This document shows, piece after piece, positions 24,291-32,681 of a DNA stretch of 32,681 nucleotides. Made by a program: the position numbers and the translations under genes. The notes beneath the pieces are model-generated. The model had not been told where the DNA came from and ran no database searches. It saw only the letters and a list, made by a program, of their open reading frames with translations. The stretch is from IMG/VR virus record IMGVR_UViG_3300049436_000094, positions 1 to 32,681 of that record; one strand, 5' to 3'. Source of the stretch: a virus. Taxonomy: Duplodnaviria; Caudoviricetes. Each line of letters starts with the position of its first letter. Positions within the stretch are counted from its first letter, which is position 1.

Positions 24291-26285
24291 GTGGCCGACA
24301 CGCGGGGCATCCGGGCTGGACGGGCGTTCGTCGAACTGGGCGTGAGCGACAAGCTCACGGCCGGGCTTCGCCGCGCCCAGAAGCAGCTCGAAGCCTTCGG
24401 GGCTGGCCTCAGGTCGGTGGGCACGCGGCTCGCCGGGATCGGCGCGACAGCGGTCGCGGCGCTGCTCGGTACGGCGAAGGCCTTCTCTGACACGGGCGAC
24501 ATGCTGGACAAGATGAGCCAGCGGACCGGCGTGAGCGTGGAGGCGCTGTCCGAGTTGGGGTTCGCGGCGGACCTCTCCGGCACGGACCTGGAGACGCTCG
24601 AGTCCGGGCTCCGCAACATGCAGCGGACACTAGCGGGCGCGGCACAGGGATCGGCATCCGCGGGCGACGCCCTCGGTCGGCTCGGGCTGAGCGCCGCCCA
24701 ACTGGCTGGCCTCTCTCCGGACGAACAGTTCAAGGTCCTCGCGGAGCGCATCTCGCAGGTGCGCGACCCCGCCCTCCGCGCTGCCCTGGCGATGGAGGTC
24801 TTCGGCAAGGCCGGGACCAAGCTCCTGCCGCTCATGGCGGACGGCGCGGCGGGCATCGAGGCGATGCAGGAGGAGGCCCGGCGCCTTGGCCTCACCATCA
24901 GCACCGAAACCGCCCGCGACGCCGCCGCGCTGAACGATACCCTCGGCACCCTCTGGAAGGTGCTCAAGCAGGGCGTCTTCACCATCGGCGGCGCGCTCGC
25001 GCCCACGCTGAAGGATCTTGCCGAGCGGATCACCCGCATCGTCGTGAGCGTCACCACCTGGATCAAGGCAAACCGGGACACGGTCGTGTGGGCGCTCAAG
25101 ATCGCCGCCGCCGTCGCCGTGGCGGGGGTTGCAATCGTCGCGCTGGGGTACATCGTCTCGGGCATTGGCGCGACGCTCGGCATCGTCGCGAGTGTGATCG
25201 GCGGCATCGGAACAGCATTCAGCCTGATCGGGGCCGCCATCGCGGCGATTCTGTCGCCGGTCGGGCTGGCGATCGCCGCGATCGTGGCGCTCGGGGGCGT
25301 GCTTCTTGTCACCACCGGAGTCGGCGGCGAGGCCCTCGTCTGGCTCGGCGAACAGTTCACGCGCCTGCGCGAGTGGGTGACCAAGGTCGTCGGCGGCATC
25401 TCGGACGCCCTGGCGGCGGGCGACATCGCGCTGGCGGCCGAGATCCTGTGGCTTTCGCTCAAGGTGGTCTGGCAGCAGGGCGTCGCCGCGCTCAACAAGG
25501 TTTGGCTGGAGGCCAAGGAGTTCTTCGTCTCCACTGCCTACAGCATGTGGTACGGGGCGCTGGCCGCCGCGGAAATCGTCTTCCACGCCCTCGAAGTCGC
25601 GTGGATCGAGACCACGGCGTTCCTCTCCAAGACCTGGACCAACTTCACCACCGGCTTCCAGCAGGTCTGGGAGTCGGCAACGTCGTGGGTCGCCAAGCGC
25701 ATGCTGGAGATCCAGGGGCTGTTCGACTCCGGGCTCGACGTGGACGCCGCGAAGAGGGCCGTCGATGATCAACTTGAAACCCGTCTGGCGGAACTGGAAG
25801 GCGCGGCTCAGCGGCAGGTGGCTCAGCGCGAGGGACAGCGCGCGGCGGAGCGCGAGCAGGCCGCCGCCCTGCACGAGGCAACCCTTGCCGGTATTGGCCG
25901 CGACTTTGAAGAGGCCCAGGCCGCGCTCAAGGCGAACACGGAGGCGGGGCTCGCGGAGTCGCAGGCGGCGCTGGATGCAGCGAAGCAGAAGCTCGCCGAC
26001 GCCATTGAGCAGGCCCGCCAGAAGCGGGAGGCGGCGGACGCCGAGCATGGGCCCGGCCGGACGCCGCGCGACCTGATGGCCGAGTTCGAGGACCGCCTCG
26101 CAGGGCTCGGCGAGGTCATCGGCAAAGGGATCAGCGTGCGGGGGACGTTCAACGCCCGCGCTGCACAGGGGCTCGAGTCCGACGGCGGGGCCGCCGAGCG
26201 CACCGCGCGGGCCACCGAGCAGACCGCCAAGCACACCAAGCGTCTGGCCGACGCCGCGCAGACCGGCGGGTTGACGTTCGCGTAA
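24291..26285 (+). CDS. Tail tape measure protein
   Basis: IRAGRAFVEL start; Ala/Gly-rich helical 664 aa; AMEVFGKAGTKLLPLM; central hydrophobic segment; Trp-spaced repeats. Confidence 0.9.
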   Translation: MADTRGIRAGRAFVELGVSDKLTAGLRRAQKQLEAFGAGLRSVGTRLAGIGATAVAALLGTAKAFSDTGDMLDKMSQRTGVSVEALSELGFAADLSGTDLETLESGLRNMQRTLAGAAQGSASAGDALGRLGLSAAQLAGLSPDEQFKVLAERISQVRDPALRAALAMEVFGKAGTKLLPLMADGAAGIEAMQEEARRLGLTISTETARDAAALNDTLGTLWKVLKQGVFTIGGALAPTLKDLAERITRIVVSVTTWIKANRDTVVWALKIAAAVAVAGVAIVALGYIVSGIGATLGIVASVIGGIGTAFSLIGAAIAAILSPVGLAIAAIVALGGVLLVTTGVGGEALVWLGEQFTRLREWVTKVVGGISDALAAGDIALAAEILWLSLKVVWQQGVAALNKVWLEAKEFFVSTAYSMWYGALAAAEIVFHALEVAWIETTAFLSKTWTNFTTGFQQVWESATSWVAKRMLEIQGLFDSGLDVDAAKRAVDDQLETRLAELEGAAQRQVAQREGQRAAEREQAAALHEATLAGIGRDFEEAQAALKANTEAGLAESQAALDAAKQKLADAIEQARQKREAADAEHGPGRTPRDLMAEFEDRLAGLGEVIGKGISVRGTFNARAAQGLESDGGAAERTARATEQTAKHTKRLADAAQTGGLTFA

Positions 26286-26297
26286 GGAGGGACGTTC

Positions 26298-27107
26298 GTG
26301 GCGATCACGGTGACGGAGAAGTTCGAGAGCCGCAAGTCCACCAAGGGCGACAACCCCTCGGCGGAACTGGTCTACACCGTGCGCGGGACCAACGACGACC
26401 TCGCGGCCCGCAACGCCGCCGAGACCACCAGCCCCGCGACCTATGACGGCCAGCCCCGGCAATCCACCTCGGTCGAGCCCGTCGGCGATGAGCTGTGGGA
26501 AGCCGTGGTCCGCTACGGGAAGGCCCAGGGCGGCTCGCTCCCCGAGCCCGGCGAGAGCATCTTCTCCTTCGACACCGGCGGCGGCACACAGCACATCACC
26601 CAGAGCAAGGAGACGGTTTCCTCGCATGCGCCCTCGGGCTCGTCGCCCCCGGACTTCGGCGGCGCGGTCGGAGTCACCGCCGACGGCGTCGAGGGCGTGG
26701 ACATCACCGTGCCGGTGTTCCAGTTCTCCGAGACGCACTACTTCACCAACGACCAGGTGACGCCGTCGTACAAGGGCACGCTCTTCTCGCTCACCGGCAA
26801 GGTGAACGCCGGGGCGTTCAAGGGGTTCCAGGCGGGCGAGGTCCTGTTCCTCGGCGCATCGGGCGCGAGGCGCGGCACTGACCCCGACGACGACTGGGAG
26901 ATCACCTTCCGGTTCGCGGCCAGCCCGAACGCGACCGGCATCTCGGTCGGCGACATCAGCGGCATCAGCAAGAAGGGGTGGGAGTACCTGTGGGTGCGGT
27001 ACGCCGACCAGGAAGACACCGGATCGCACGCGATCGTGAAGCGCCCGGTCGCGGCGTATGTCGAGCGAGTGTACGACGAGGGCAACTTCGCAGGTCTTGG
27101 AATCTAA
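26298..27107 (+). CDS. Putative distal tail/tail-tip protein
   Basis: AAGGAGG RBS; beta-rich 269 aa directly after the tape measure gene (KKGWEYLWVRY). Confidence 0.7.
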   Translation: MAITVTEKFESRKSTKGDNPSAELVYTVRGTNDDLAARNAAETTSPATYDGQPRQSTSVEPVGDELWEAVVRYGKAQGGSLPEPGESIFSFDTGGGTQHITQSKETVSSHAPSGSSPPDFGGAVGVTADGVEGVDITVPVFQFSETHYFTNDQVTPSYKGTLFSLTGKVNAGAFKGFQAGEVLFLGASGARRGTDPDDDWEITFRFAASPNATGISVGDISGISKKGWEYLWVRYADQEDTGSHAIVKRPVAAYVERVYDEGNFAGLGI

Positions 27108-27110
27108 GCG

Positions 27111-28139
27111 ATGGGCGACGTGTTCCGCAAAGTCCGATCGGGCCAACCGCTCCGCATCCCCGCGGCGGCGTACAACGCCTTTGTCGACGCGGCGGTCGAT
27201 CTGCGCCGGCGAGAGCGCAACGCCACCGCCGGTCCTTCGGTGGAGCCCGCGCAGCGCGGGATCGTGTTGGTCCGCAACGACTCCGACGATGACATCGAGC
27301 CGTACCACGCGCTGGCCATCACCGGCGTGCTCGTGCAGCCCGACAACGAGGACCAGGAGCGGACGTTCCACAGCCGCACGCCCCTGACGGGCGAGATCGC
27401 CACCGAGGAATCCCCGTCGCTCTCGTTCGTGCTGGCGCTCCAGCCGATCAAGCCGGGCGACCTCGGGCGCTGCGTGCTCACGGGTGTCACGCCCGCGCGC
27501 GTCTTCATCACCAACGAGACGGACACGACCTGCGAGCTGGCTCCCGAGGAGACCATGCTGGCCAGCACGCCCATGGGCGGCATCCCGATCCTGTGGAAGG
27601 AAGAAGGCACCGGCGAGAAGTGGGCCGTGATCGAGATGGGTCAGCCTTCGCCCGGCCGCGTCACGGCAATCCTCGGCGCGGCCCAGCCCATTCCCACCGA
27701 AAACAACCGCTGGCGCTACCCGTGGGTTGAGGCCCGGATCGACGGCGATCCCGGCAGCGACACCTACCTCCGCTATGTCCCCGTGCCCGAGGGGCTGTCG
27801 TCGCAACTGGCCGGTGGCGGTGAGGACCCGACGCGGCTGGCCATCAACCGCTTCGAGGCGCATCACATGAACGACTTCGACCCGGGCTCCGGCTTTGGAG
27901 GGTTGCTCGGCCTGGGGCCGGTGTGCGAGTTGCCCGGCGTGCTTCCGAGGTGCCCGCCCGCGCGGTCGCTCAAGCCCAAGCTCGTGCCGATCCCCGAGGG
28001 GGTTTGCGTGCAGCTCACGTGCGAGCGCAATAGCAAGGGAAGGCCCGTGTGGGTGTTCGAGGCGATGAGCCTGATCGAGATCGCCGACCCGGCCGATGAG
28101 GACCGCAAGTTCAACATCTACATCGAGGGAGGCGCATGA
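27111..28139 (+). CDS. Putative tail-tip/adaptor protein
   Basis: 342 aa in the tail operon; N-terminus KVRSGQPLRIPAAAYNAFVDAA; function from position only. Confidence 0.6.
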   Translation: MGDVFRKVRSGQPLRIPAAAYNAFVDAAVDLRRRERNATAGPSVEPAQRGIVLVRNDSDDDIEPYHALAITGVLVQPDNEDQERTFHSRTPLTGEIATEESPSLSFVLALQPIKPGDLGRCVLTGVTPARVFITNETDTTCELAPEETMLASTPMGGIPILWKEEGTGEKWAVIEMGQPSPGRVTAILGAAQPIPTENNRWRYPWVEARIDGDPGSDTYLRYVPVPEGLSSQLAGGGEDPTRLAINRFEAHHMNDFDPGSGFGGLLGLGPVCELPGVLPRCPPARSLKPKLVPIPEGVCVQLTCERNSKGRPVWVFEAMSLIEIADPADEDRKFNIYIEGGA

Positions 28140-28735
28140 CTATGACCTCTCCGACCAAGCCCACACTGGATGCCCGCCGCGAGCACGAGCGGAAGAAGTA
28201 CGTCGCGTTGGCCGCGCGGCCCGCCGCGCCGGGAACTGGGTACGGCGCGACCAACCACGGCGCAGCGGCTTTACTGCTGGTCCAGCGGCTGAAGCCCCGC
28301 TGCGTGGTGGACTTCGGGTGCGGGCGAAACGACTTCATCGGGGCGTTGCGGCGGATCGGCATTGACGGGCTCGGTATCGACTTCGCGTTCCCCGAGGCGG
28401 ACCTCCCGCGGGCGATGCACAATACCGGACTGCTCGACGGCGTGGCCGACGTGGTGACAAGCTTCGATGCCCTGGAACACCTGCTTCCCGAGGACGTGGA
28501 TGCGGTGCTCGCGGAAATGCGGCGGGTGGCACGCCCGCGGGCGCACTTCGTGTTCTCGATCTGCACGCGTCCGAGCCGGACGACCGTCGCCGGCGAAGGG
28601 CTGCATCCCACGGTGCGGCCGCTGGCGTGGTGGCTCGATCGCATCGGACAGGTCGGCACGGTAACGGCACCCAAGGCCGAGGGTCGGTACATCGTCGGTC
28701 GATTCGCTGCCAAGGAGGGCTGCGGCTGTGCGTGA
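28136..28735 (+). CDS. Class I SAM-dependent methyltransferase (small-molecule/glycan type)
   Basis: Motif I VVDFGCG; GIDF; DVVTSFDALEHL...VLAEMRRV; GGAGG RBS and ATGA overlap. Confidence 0.88.
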   Translation: MTMTSPTKPTLDARREHERKKYVALAARPAAPGTGYGATNHGAAALLLVQRLKPRCVVDFGCGRNDFIGALRRIGIDGLGIDFAFPEADLPRAMHNTGLLDGVADVVTSFDALEHLLPEDVDAVLAEMRRVARPRAHFVFSICTRPSRTTVAGEGLHPTVRPLAWWLDRIGQVGTVTAPKAEGRYIVGRFAAKEGCGCA

Positions 28736-29630
28736 GAACCAGTCGGACATCGCGGCACTCCAGGCGGGGCTCAAGGCGCGGAAGCCCGCGCGGGACGGCC
28801 TGCGCCTCTACACCGCCGATTTCGATTCGGTTTCGCTGGCGGGCTTCTACCGGGGTCGCTCGGCGTTCCTGATCCTGTCGGGGCCGTCGCTCACGCAGGT
28901 GGACCTGACACAGCTCAACAAGCGCGGCATCGTCACGATGGGGGTGAACAACTCCTGGTCCGTGCATCGCCCGACGCTCTGGACCTGCGTGGACGATCCG
29001 GGTCGCTTCATCGATACCGGCTGGAAGGACCCGGGCATCCTGAAGTTCGTGCCGACGTGCTGCGTGGACAAGCGGCTCCGCATCCAGAACCCCGACGGCA
29101 CCATGCGCAACAGCGCGTTCCGCGTGCGGCAGATGCCGAGCGTCCTGTTCTTCCGCCGCGCCGACCACTTCGACCATGAGAGGTTCCTGACGGGCGACTC
29201 GGTCCCGTGGGGCAACGACGCCAAGCACGCGGACTCGCTCGGGATCACCGGCAAACGGAGCGTCATGCTCGTCGCCCTGCGCCTGCTGCATCACCTCGGG
29301 TTCGGTACGGTGTACCTGCTTGGGTGTGACTTCAAGATGGCGGCCGACCGCAGGTACGCCTTCGATGAGCACCGGGCACCCAACGCCATCCGCCACAATA
29401 ACGTCCTGTACGACTCGCTGGCCCGCCGCTTCGAGGCCCTGCGACCGCACTTTGACAAGCACCGATTCCGCGTGAACAACTGCTCGCCGGGCAGCGAGCT
29501 CCAGGCATTCGACCGCATGGACTTCGATGCGGCGGTGAAGGCCGCGTCCGCCGAGTGCGGCAAGCCGGTGAGCACGGCGGGCTGGTACGAACCCAATCCG
29601 AAGCCGACCCCCCAGGAGGCCGCCCGATGA
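28728..29630 (+). CDS. Maf/DUF115-like (GT-A variant, sialyltransferase-like) putative glycosyltransferase
   Basis: AFLILSGPSL, TMGVNN, WTCVD, SVMLVALRLLHHLGFGTVYLLGCDF, VNNCS; overlaps both neighbours. Confidence 0.7.
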   Translation: MRENQSDIAALQAGLKARKPARDGLRLYTADFDSVSLAGFYRGRSAFLILSGPSLTQVDLTQLNKRGIVTMGVNNSWSVHRPTLWTCVDDPGRFIDTGWKDPGILKFVPTCCVDKRLRIQNPDGTMRNSAFRVRQMPSVLFFRRADHFDHERFLTGDSVPWGNDAKHADSLGITGKRSVMLVALRLLHHLGFGTVYLLGCDFKMAADRRYAFDEHRAPNAIRHNNVLYDSLARRFEALRPHFDKHRFRVNNCSPGSELQAFDRMDFDAAVKAASAECGKPVSTAGWYEPNPKPTPQEAAR

Positions 29631-31024
29631 GCGACGGCCCCACCCGCTACTACTTATACATCCCCGTGTGGGCGACGGGCCGTCCGCCCACGGGTGGCGG
29701 GTCGAGCAACTACTCCACGCCGTCGGGCTCAACGCCCGAAAGCACCTACTCGACGCCGTCGAGCACGCCGAGCATGCCGCCGAGCTACTCGACCACCGGC
29801 GATGTCATCTACACGACCGGTCCCGGCGGAACGCCCACGCTCACGTTCTACACCACCGGCGCCTTCACGAGCAACACGTCGGGCACGACGCACACGCCGT
29901 CGAGCAGCGGCTCGAGCGATTCCATGTCTTCAGGCTCGTCGGGCTCTAGCAGCGGCACACCGACATCATCGTCGGGCAGCTCGTCTTCGGGGTCGATGTC
30001 GTCCAGTGGTTCGTCCTCGTCGGGTTCATCGTCGTCCGGATCGTCGTCGAGCGGGTCGGGATCTGGCTCTTCGAGCGGCTCGGGGTCGTCCGGGTCGGGC
30101 AGCAGCGGCATGAGCAGCGGGATGTCCAGCGGCGCATCGTCCGGAGCTAGCAGCGGTATGAGCTCCGGCGCATCGTCTGGCGGGTCAGGCGGCTCTAGCG
30201 GAGGCGGGTCCTCTGGCGGCGGCGGATCGAGCGGTGGTGGCTCCGGTCCCGGTGGTTCTGGCCCTGGCGGATCGGGTCCGGGCAGCAACTGCCTCCTCTT
30301 CGGCACCCTCGTGCGGCTCGAGGACGGCCGCCTGACGCCTATCGAGAACCTCAAGCCCGGCGACCGCGTGGCATCCATCCAGGTGCCCGGCCTTGAGGTC
30401 GATGTTCCCTACCGTGCTCAGTACAACTGGCTCTCGCACCACGGCCTTCACGGCGCGACGCCCATCGCGGCGCGCGTGGCCAGCATCCGCCTCGGCGAGC
30501 ACCACGGCTTCATGGTGATCAACCGTCGCCTGAAGGCGACGCCCGAGCACCCATTCATGATCCGCCGCGGCGACGAGTGGGGCTTTGCATCCGCCGAGTT
30601 CATCCAGCCCGGCGACTTCCTGATCGACGAGCAGATGAACGAAGAGGAGGTCGAGTCGGTCATCCGCATCGACGCGCCAACCCGCACCGTCGCCATCCAC
30701 ATCCCTGGCACGAACACGCTCCTCGCCGAAGGCGTGTGGGTCCACAACGACATGCCGAATCAGACGGCAAATAGCAGTTCTGCTGCTACCAGCGCTTCCG
30801 GCTCGGGAAGCGGTTCGGCTCCGGAGTCCCAGTCAGGGAGCGGATCGATGTCTGGATCGACTAGCGGCACATCTAGCAGCGGATCGTCAGGCAGCAAGTC
30901 CAGCGGGTCGTCGTCGTTCTCGACCTCTGGGCCGATGTCCGGCTCATCTTCCTTGTCCGGGAGCACGCCGGGAAGCGGGAGCACGTCGAGTTCCGGCGGC
31001 GGGACCGGTACCTTCTCGATCTAA
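29627..31024 (+). CDS. Ser/Gly/Thr-rich protein with a central Hint (bacterial intein-like) domain
   Basis: AGGAGG RBS and ATGA overlap; 465 aa. Hint domain at 30290-30748: CLLFGTLVRLEDG...IENLKPGDRV, block B ATPEHPF, terminal VWVHN followed by Asp. Confidence 0.88.
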   Translation: MSDGPTRYYLYIPVWATGRPPTGGGSSNYSTPSGSTPESTYSTPSSTPSMPPSYSTTGDVIYTTGPGGTPTLTFYTTGAFTSNTSGTTHTPSSSGSSDSMSSGSSGSSSGTPTSSSGSSSSGSMSSSGSSSSGSSSSGSSSSGSGSGSSSGSGSSGSGSSGMSSGMSSGASSGASSGMSSGASSGGSGGSSGGGSSGGGGSSGGGSGPGGSGPGGSGPGSNCLLFGTLVRLEDGRLTPIENLKPGDRVASIQVPGLEVDVPYRAQYNWLSHHGLHGATPIAARVASIRLGEHHGFMVINRRLKATPEHPFMIRRGDEWGFASAEFIQPGDFLIDEQMNEEEVESVIRIDAPTRTVAIHIPGTNTLLAEGVWVHNDMPNQTANSSSAATSASGSGSGSAPESQSGSGSMSGSTSGTSSSGSSGSKSSGSSSFSTSGPMSGSSSLSGSTPGSGSTSSSGGGTGTFSI

Positions 31025-31032
31025 CTAACAGC

Positions 31033-31070
31033 GATTCGCCCTCCCACGGCCCGGGATCAAGGGCGAGATC
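31033..31070. terminator. Possible hairpin between convergent genes
   Basis: TCGCCCT (31036-31042) pairs with AGGGCGA (31060-31066); no U-tract on either strand. Confidence 0.3.
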
Positions 31071-31171
31071 ACGGTTGGTGCGACAATGAGACTTGACGCG
31101 AAAAGTACGATGACCTTCGCTGCTGCGGGGCATCGACCCGTCTCACGACCTCATCACGCTGCGACTCGCCA

Positions 31172-32578
31172 TCAAGAGGAAGCGGCGGTCCGCCACGGCA
31201 CGCCGTCGAGCTCCGCCAGCTCCCGCAGGTACCCGAAGCACCGCTCCTCGTGGAGGAAGCCGCCGATGCGGCGGTTGGGCGCGGCGAGGGAGAACTTGGC
31301 GAAGTTGCGGTGCTGGAAGACGCGGCGGCCGTCGAAATCGTGCTGGCACATGACCTTGCTGAGCGAGACGAGCGGGTGCCGGGTCATGGCGTAGGGGCGG
31401 CGGAGCTTGCGCCAGGCCATGTGGAACGTCTCCTTGTCGCCGTGCATGTGCCGGTAGAAGAACTCGCCGAACTCGTTCATCCACATCGTCACGGCGAGCG
31501 GCTTCCAGCACCGAACCTTGTCCACGACGATCTCCCCGCTCTCGAACTCAGGCTCGTCGCGGTACGGGACGCCCGTCACCCGCCAGATCGACCGGTGCGG
31601 GGCCAGCCGTTGGTAGTCGGGCCAGAAGATCGCTTCCCGCTTGCGGAACTCCGGCGTGTCGAAGAGGAAGGTCGGATCGACGATGGGGACGTTGTCGGCG
31701 TCCAGCATCAGCACCTCGCGGAACCGGCTGTGCATGATCGCGTAGGGTTTTAGGGACCATCCGTCGAGTCGGCGGACCGGATAATCCCGAAGGACGTCCA
31801 GAGCATCCACCGTGCGCACTCCCAGCGACTCAAGGAGCCGCCGCACCTGCTCGGGCATCTCCTCTGGACCCAAGTGCCACATCTCGACCGGCAGCGTGCA
31901 CCCCACATGCCGGAGCATCCGGACGCACACCCACGCGCACGGAAGGTATATGGGGCCGCCCGCCGGGATGACGACTCCCCGGCCCTCGAACGCTTGGGTT
32001 GGTTCGTCCGGGCACAACGCCGCCGCAAGATCCATGTAGCCCGCCGCGTTCGCTTCGGTGAGTTGCACGCGGCTCCAGTCGATCGGTCGCGCGGATGTCG
32101 GCGCCGCCGGCGGCGACCAATGCGAGACTCGGACGCCTGCCACGTCGAAGGTTGCTCTGTGCCTCGATGTCAGCGCCGGCAACGCGTCCAAGCCGCAGGG
32201 TCCGCCGATCACCAGAACGTGCGCCGAACGCCCGGCCCCTTCCAGGATTGTCGTCATCGCGGGGAGCGAACATGCCTCGACTCGGCCACGGATGAGCACG
32301 GCGTCCGCGGGCGGGAGTTGGCTCGCCGCGACATCCATGTGATGGAAGAAGCAGTTGGCCGGCGTGTCGCGTCTCCGGCGGTTGGCTTCGACGATCGCCG
32401 GATCGCCGTCCAGGCCGATGTACTGCACCTCGTTCCAGTCGAGCCTCGGCACCGCGCGCCAGTCGCCGCAGGGAAGATCGAGCACGACGCGGAACTGATG
32501 GTCGCCAATGAACACACGCAGGAACTCATCTAGAGACCCGACTCCCCCCATCACGCTTGCTCTCTCGCCGGCCATCAT
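31172..32578 (-). CDS. GT71-like alpha-mannosyltransferase with an N-terminal methyltransferase-like domain
   Basis: GRGVVIPAGG, LPVEMWH, KPYAIMHSRFREVLMLDADN, FWPDY, EFESG, GDKETF are Mnn-type GT71 motifs. N-terminal VLDLPCGD...YIGLD resembles a SAM-binding motif. Confidence 0.82.
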   Translation of the reverse strand: MMAGERASVMGGVGSLDEFLRVFIGDHQFRVVLDLPCGDWRAVPRLDWNEVQYIGLDGDPAIVEANRRRRDTPANCFFHHMDVAASQLPPADAVLIRGRVEACSLPAMTTILEGAGRSAHVLVIGGPCGLDALPALTSRHRATFDVAGVRVSHWSPPAAPTSARPIDWSRVQLTEANAAGYMDLAAALCPDEPTQAFEGRGVVIPAGGPIYLPCAWVCVRMLRHVGCTLPVEMWHLGPEEMPEQVRRLLESLGVRTVDALDVLRDYPVRRLDGWSLKPYAIMHSRFREVLMLDADNVPIVDPTFLFDTPEFRKREAIFWPDYQRLAPHRSIWRVTGVPYRDEPEFESGEIVVDKVRCWKPLAVTMWMNEFGEFFYRHMHGDKETFHMAWRKLRRPYAMTRHPLVSLSKVMCQHDFDGRRVFQHRNFAKFSLAAPNRRIGGFLHEERCFGYLRELAELDGVPWRTAASS

Positions 32579-32681
32579 GAGATCGCTCCGCCCGGTACAC
32601 CCTGCGTGCGAACTTGCCCGTCAAGGCAGGTCTCGATCGCCGCGATGACCTCAACCGGCCGGATCAACGCCATGCATCGCC
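32575..32681 (-). CDS. 3' end of a probable GT9-family glycosyltransferase (runs off the window)
   Basis: Minus strand reads RCMALIRPVEVIAAIETCLDGQVRTQGVPGGAIS-stop. CMxxIxPxEV is the usual GT9 C-terminal motif; ATGA overlap with the GT71 gene. Only 34 codons visible. Confidence 0.55.
   Translation of the reverse strand, partial: RCMALIRPVEVIAAIETCLDGQVRTQGVPGGAIS

Larger units (their letters stand above)
147..31024 (+). mobile_element. Temperate siphovirus-like phage/prophage using a large serine integrase; ends not defined, may extend past either window edge
   Basis: Collinear integrase, sigma factor, primase-helicase, DNA methyltransferase, terminase, portal, capsid, tail tube, chaperone and tape measure genes, many with overlapping start/stop codons. 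One promoter-like motif is shared across the modules. Confidence 0.9.

Noticed and set aside
26259-26288. TTCGCGTAAG resembling the -10 half of the promoter motif
   Set aside because: No CCGCCA box at the required distance; it is the Phe-Ala-stop end of the tape measure gene.
24630-27866. 1078-aa minus-strand ORF, and similar long antisense ORFs such as 1295-2533, 9944-11470 and 17887-19371
   Set aside because: Stop-poor shadow frames expected in high-GC coding DNA, opposite well-supported genes.
29848-30378. Asp/Pro-rich minus-strand ORF
   Set aside because: Reverse-complement image of the Ser/Gly codons.
30290-30748. Classical mobile intein
   Set aside because: No +1 nucleophile, no homing endonuclease, and the host protein is low-complexity rather than a conserved enzyme; treated as a bacterial intein-like domain.
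26298-31024. Diversity-generating retroelement or invertible tail-fibre cassette
   Set aside because: No reverse transcriptase, no template/variable repeat pair and no invertase with flanking inverted sites seen.

Overview
This high-GC window is almost entirely one temperate, siphovirus-like phage or prophage. The gene repertoire resembles Planctomycetota prophages, but that host call is recollection, not a search. Gene order: small ORF, DUF2924-like protein, large serine recombinase and small helical protein (255-2961); a 1023-aa orphan with a C-terminal winged helix; a phage-encoded ECF-type sigma factor; an NrS-1-like primase-polymerase/SF3 helicase; a repeat-rich non-coding hub (candidate ori and cos); a ParB-DNA methyltransferase; an antisense four-gene cassette; terminase, lambda-type portal and a protease-capsid fusion; non-contractile tail genes. 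The region ends with a SAM methyltransferase, a Maf/DUF115-like glycosyltransferase and a Ser/Gly-rich protein carrying a central Hint domain, facing a convergent GT71/GT9 glycosyltransferase operon. Main signals read directly from the DNA: (1) a bipartite motif CCGCCA(C/G)-N15/16-CGTAG occurring four times, each time at the head of a phage module, the predicted regulon of the phage's own sigma factor; (2) a mucin-like Hint protein (Cys1...His-Asn, Asp at +1) among glycosyl- and methyltransferases, suggesting a self-cleaving, glycosylated virion or surface appendage; (3) two 4x11-bp CCGAC arrays 12 kb apart in opposite orientation. Prophage ends (att sites) and a canonical endolysin could not be identified. 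All family calls come from motif recognition, not database searches.
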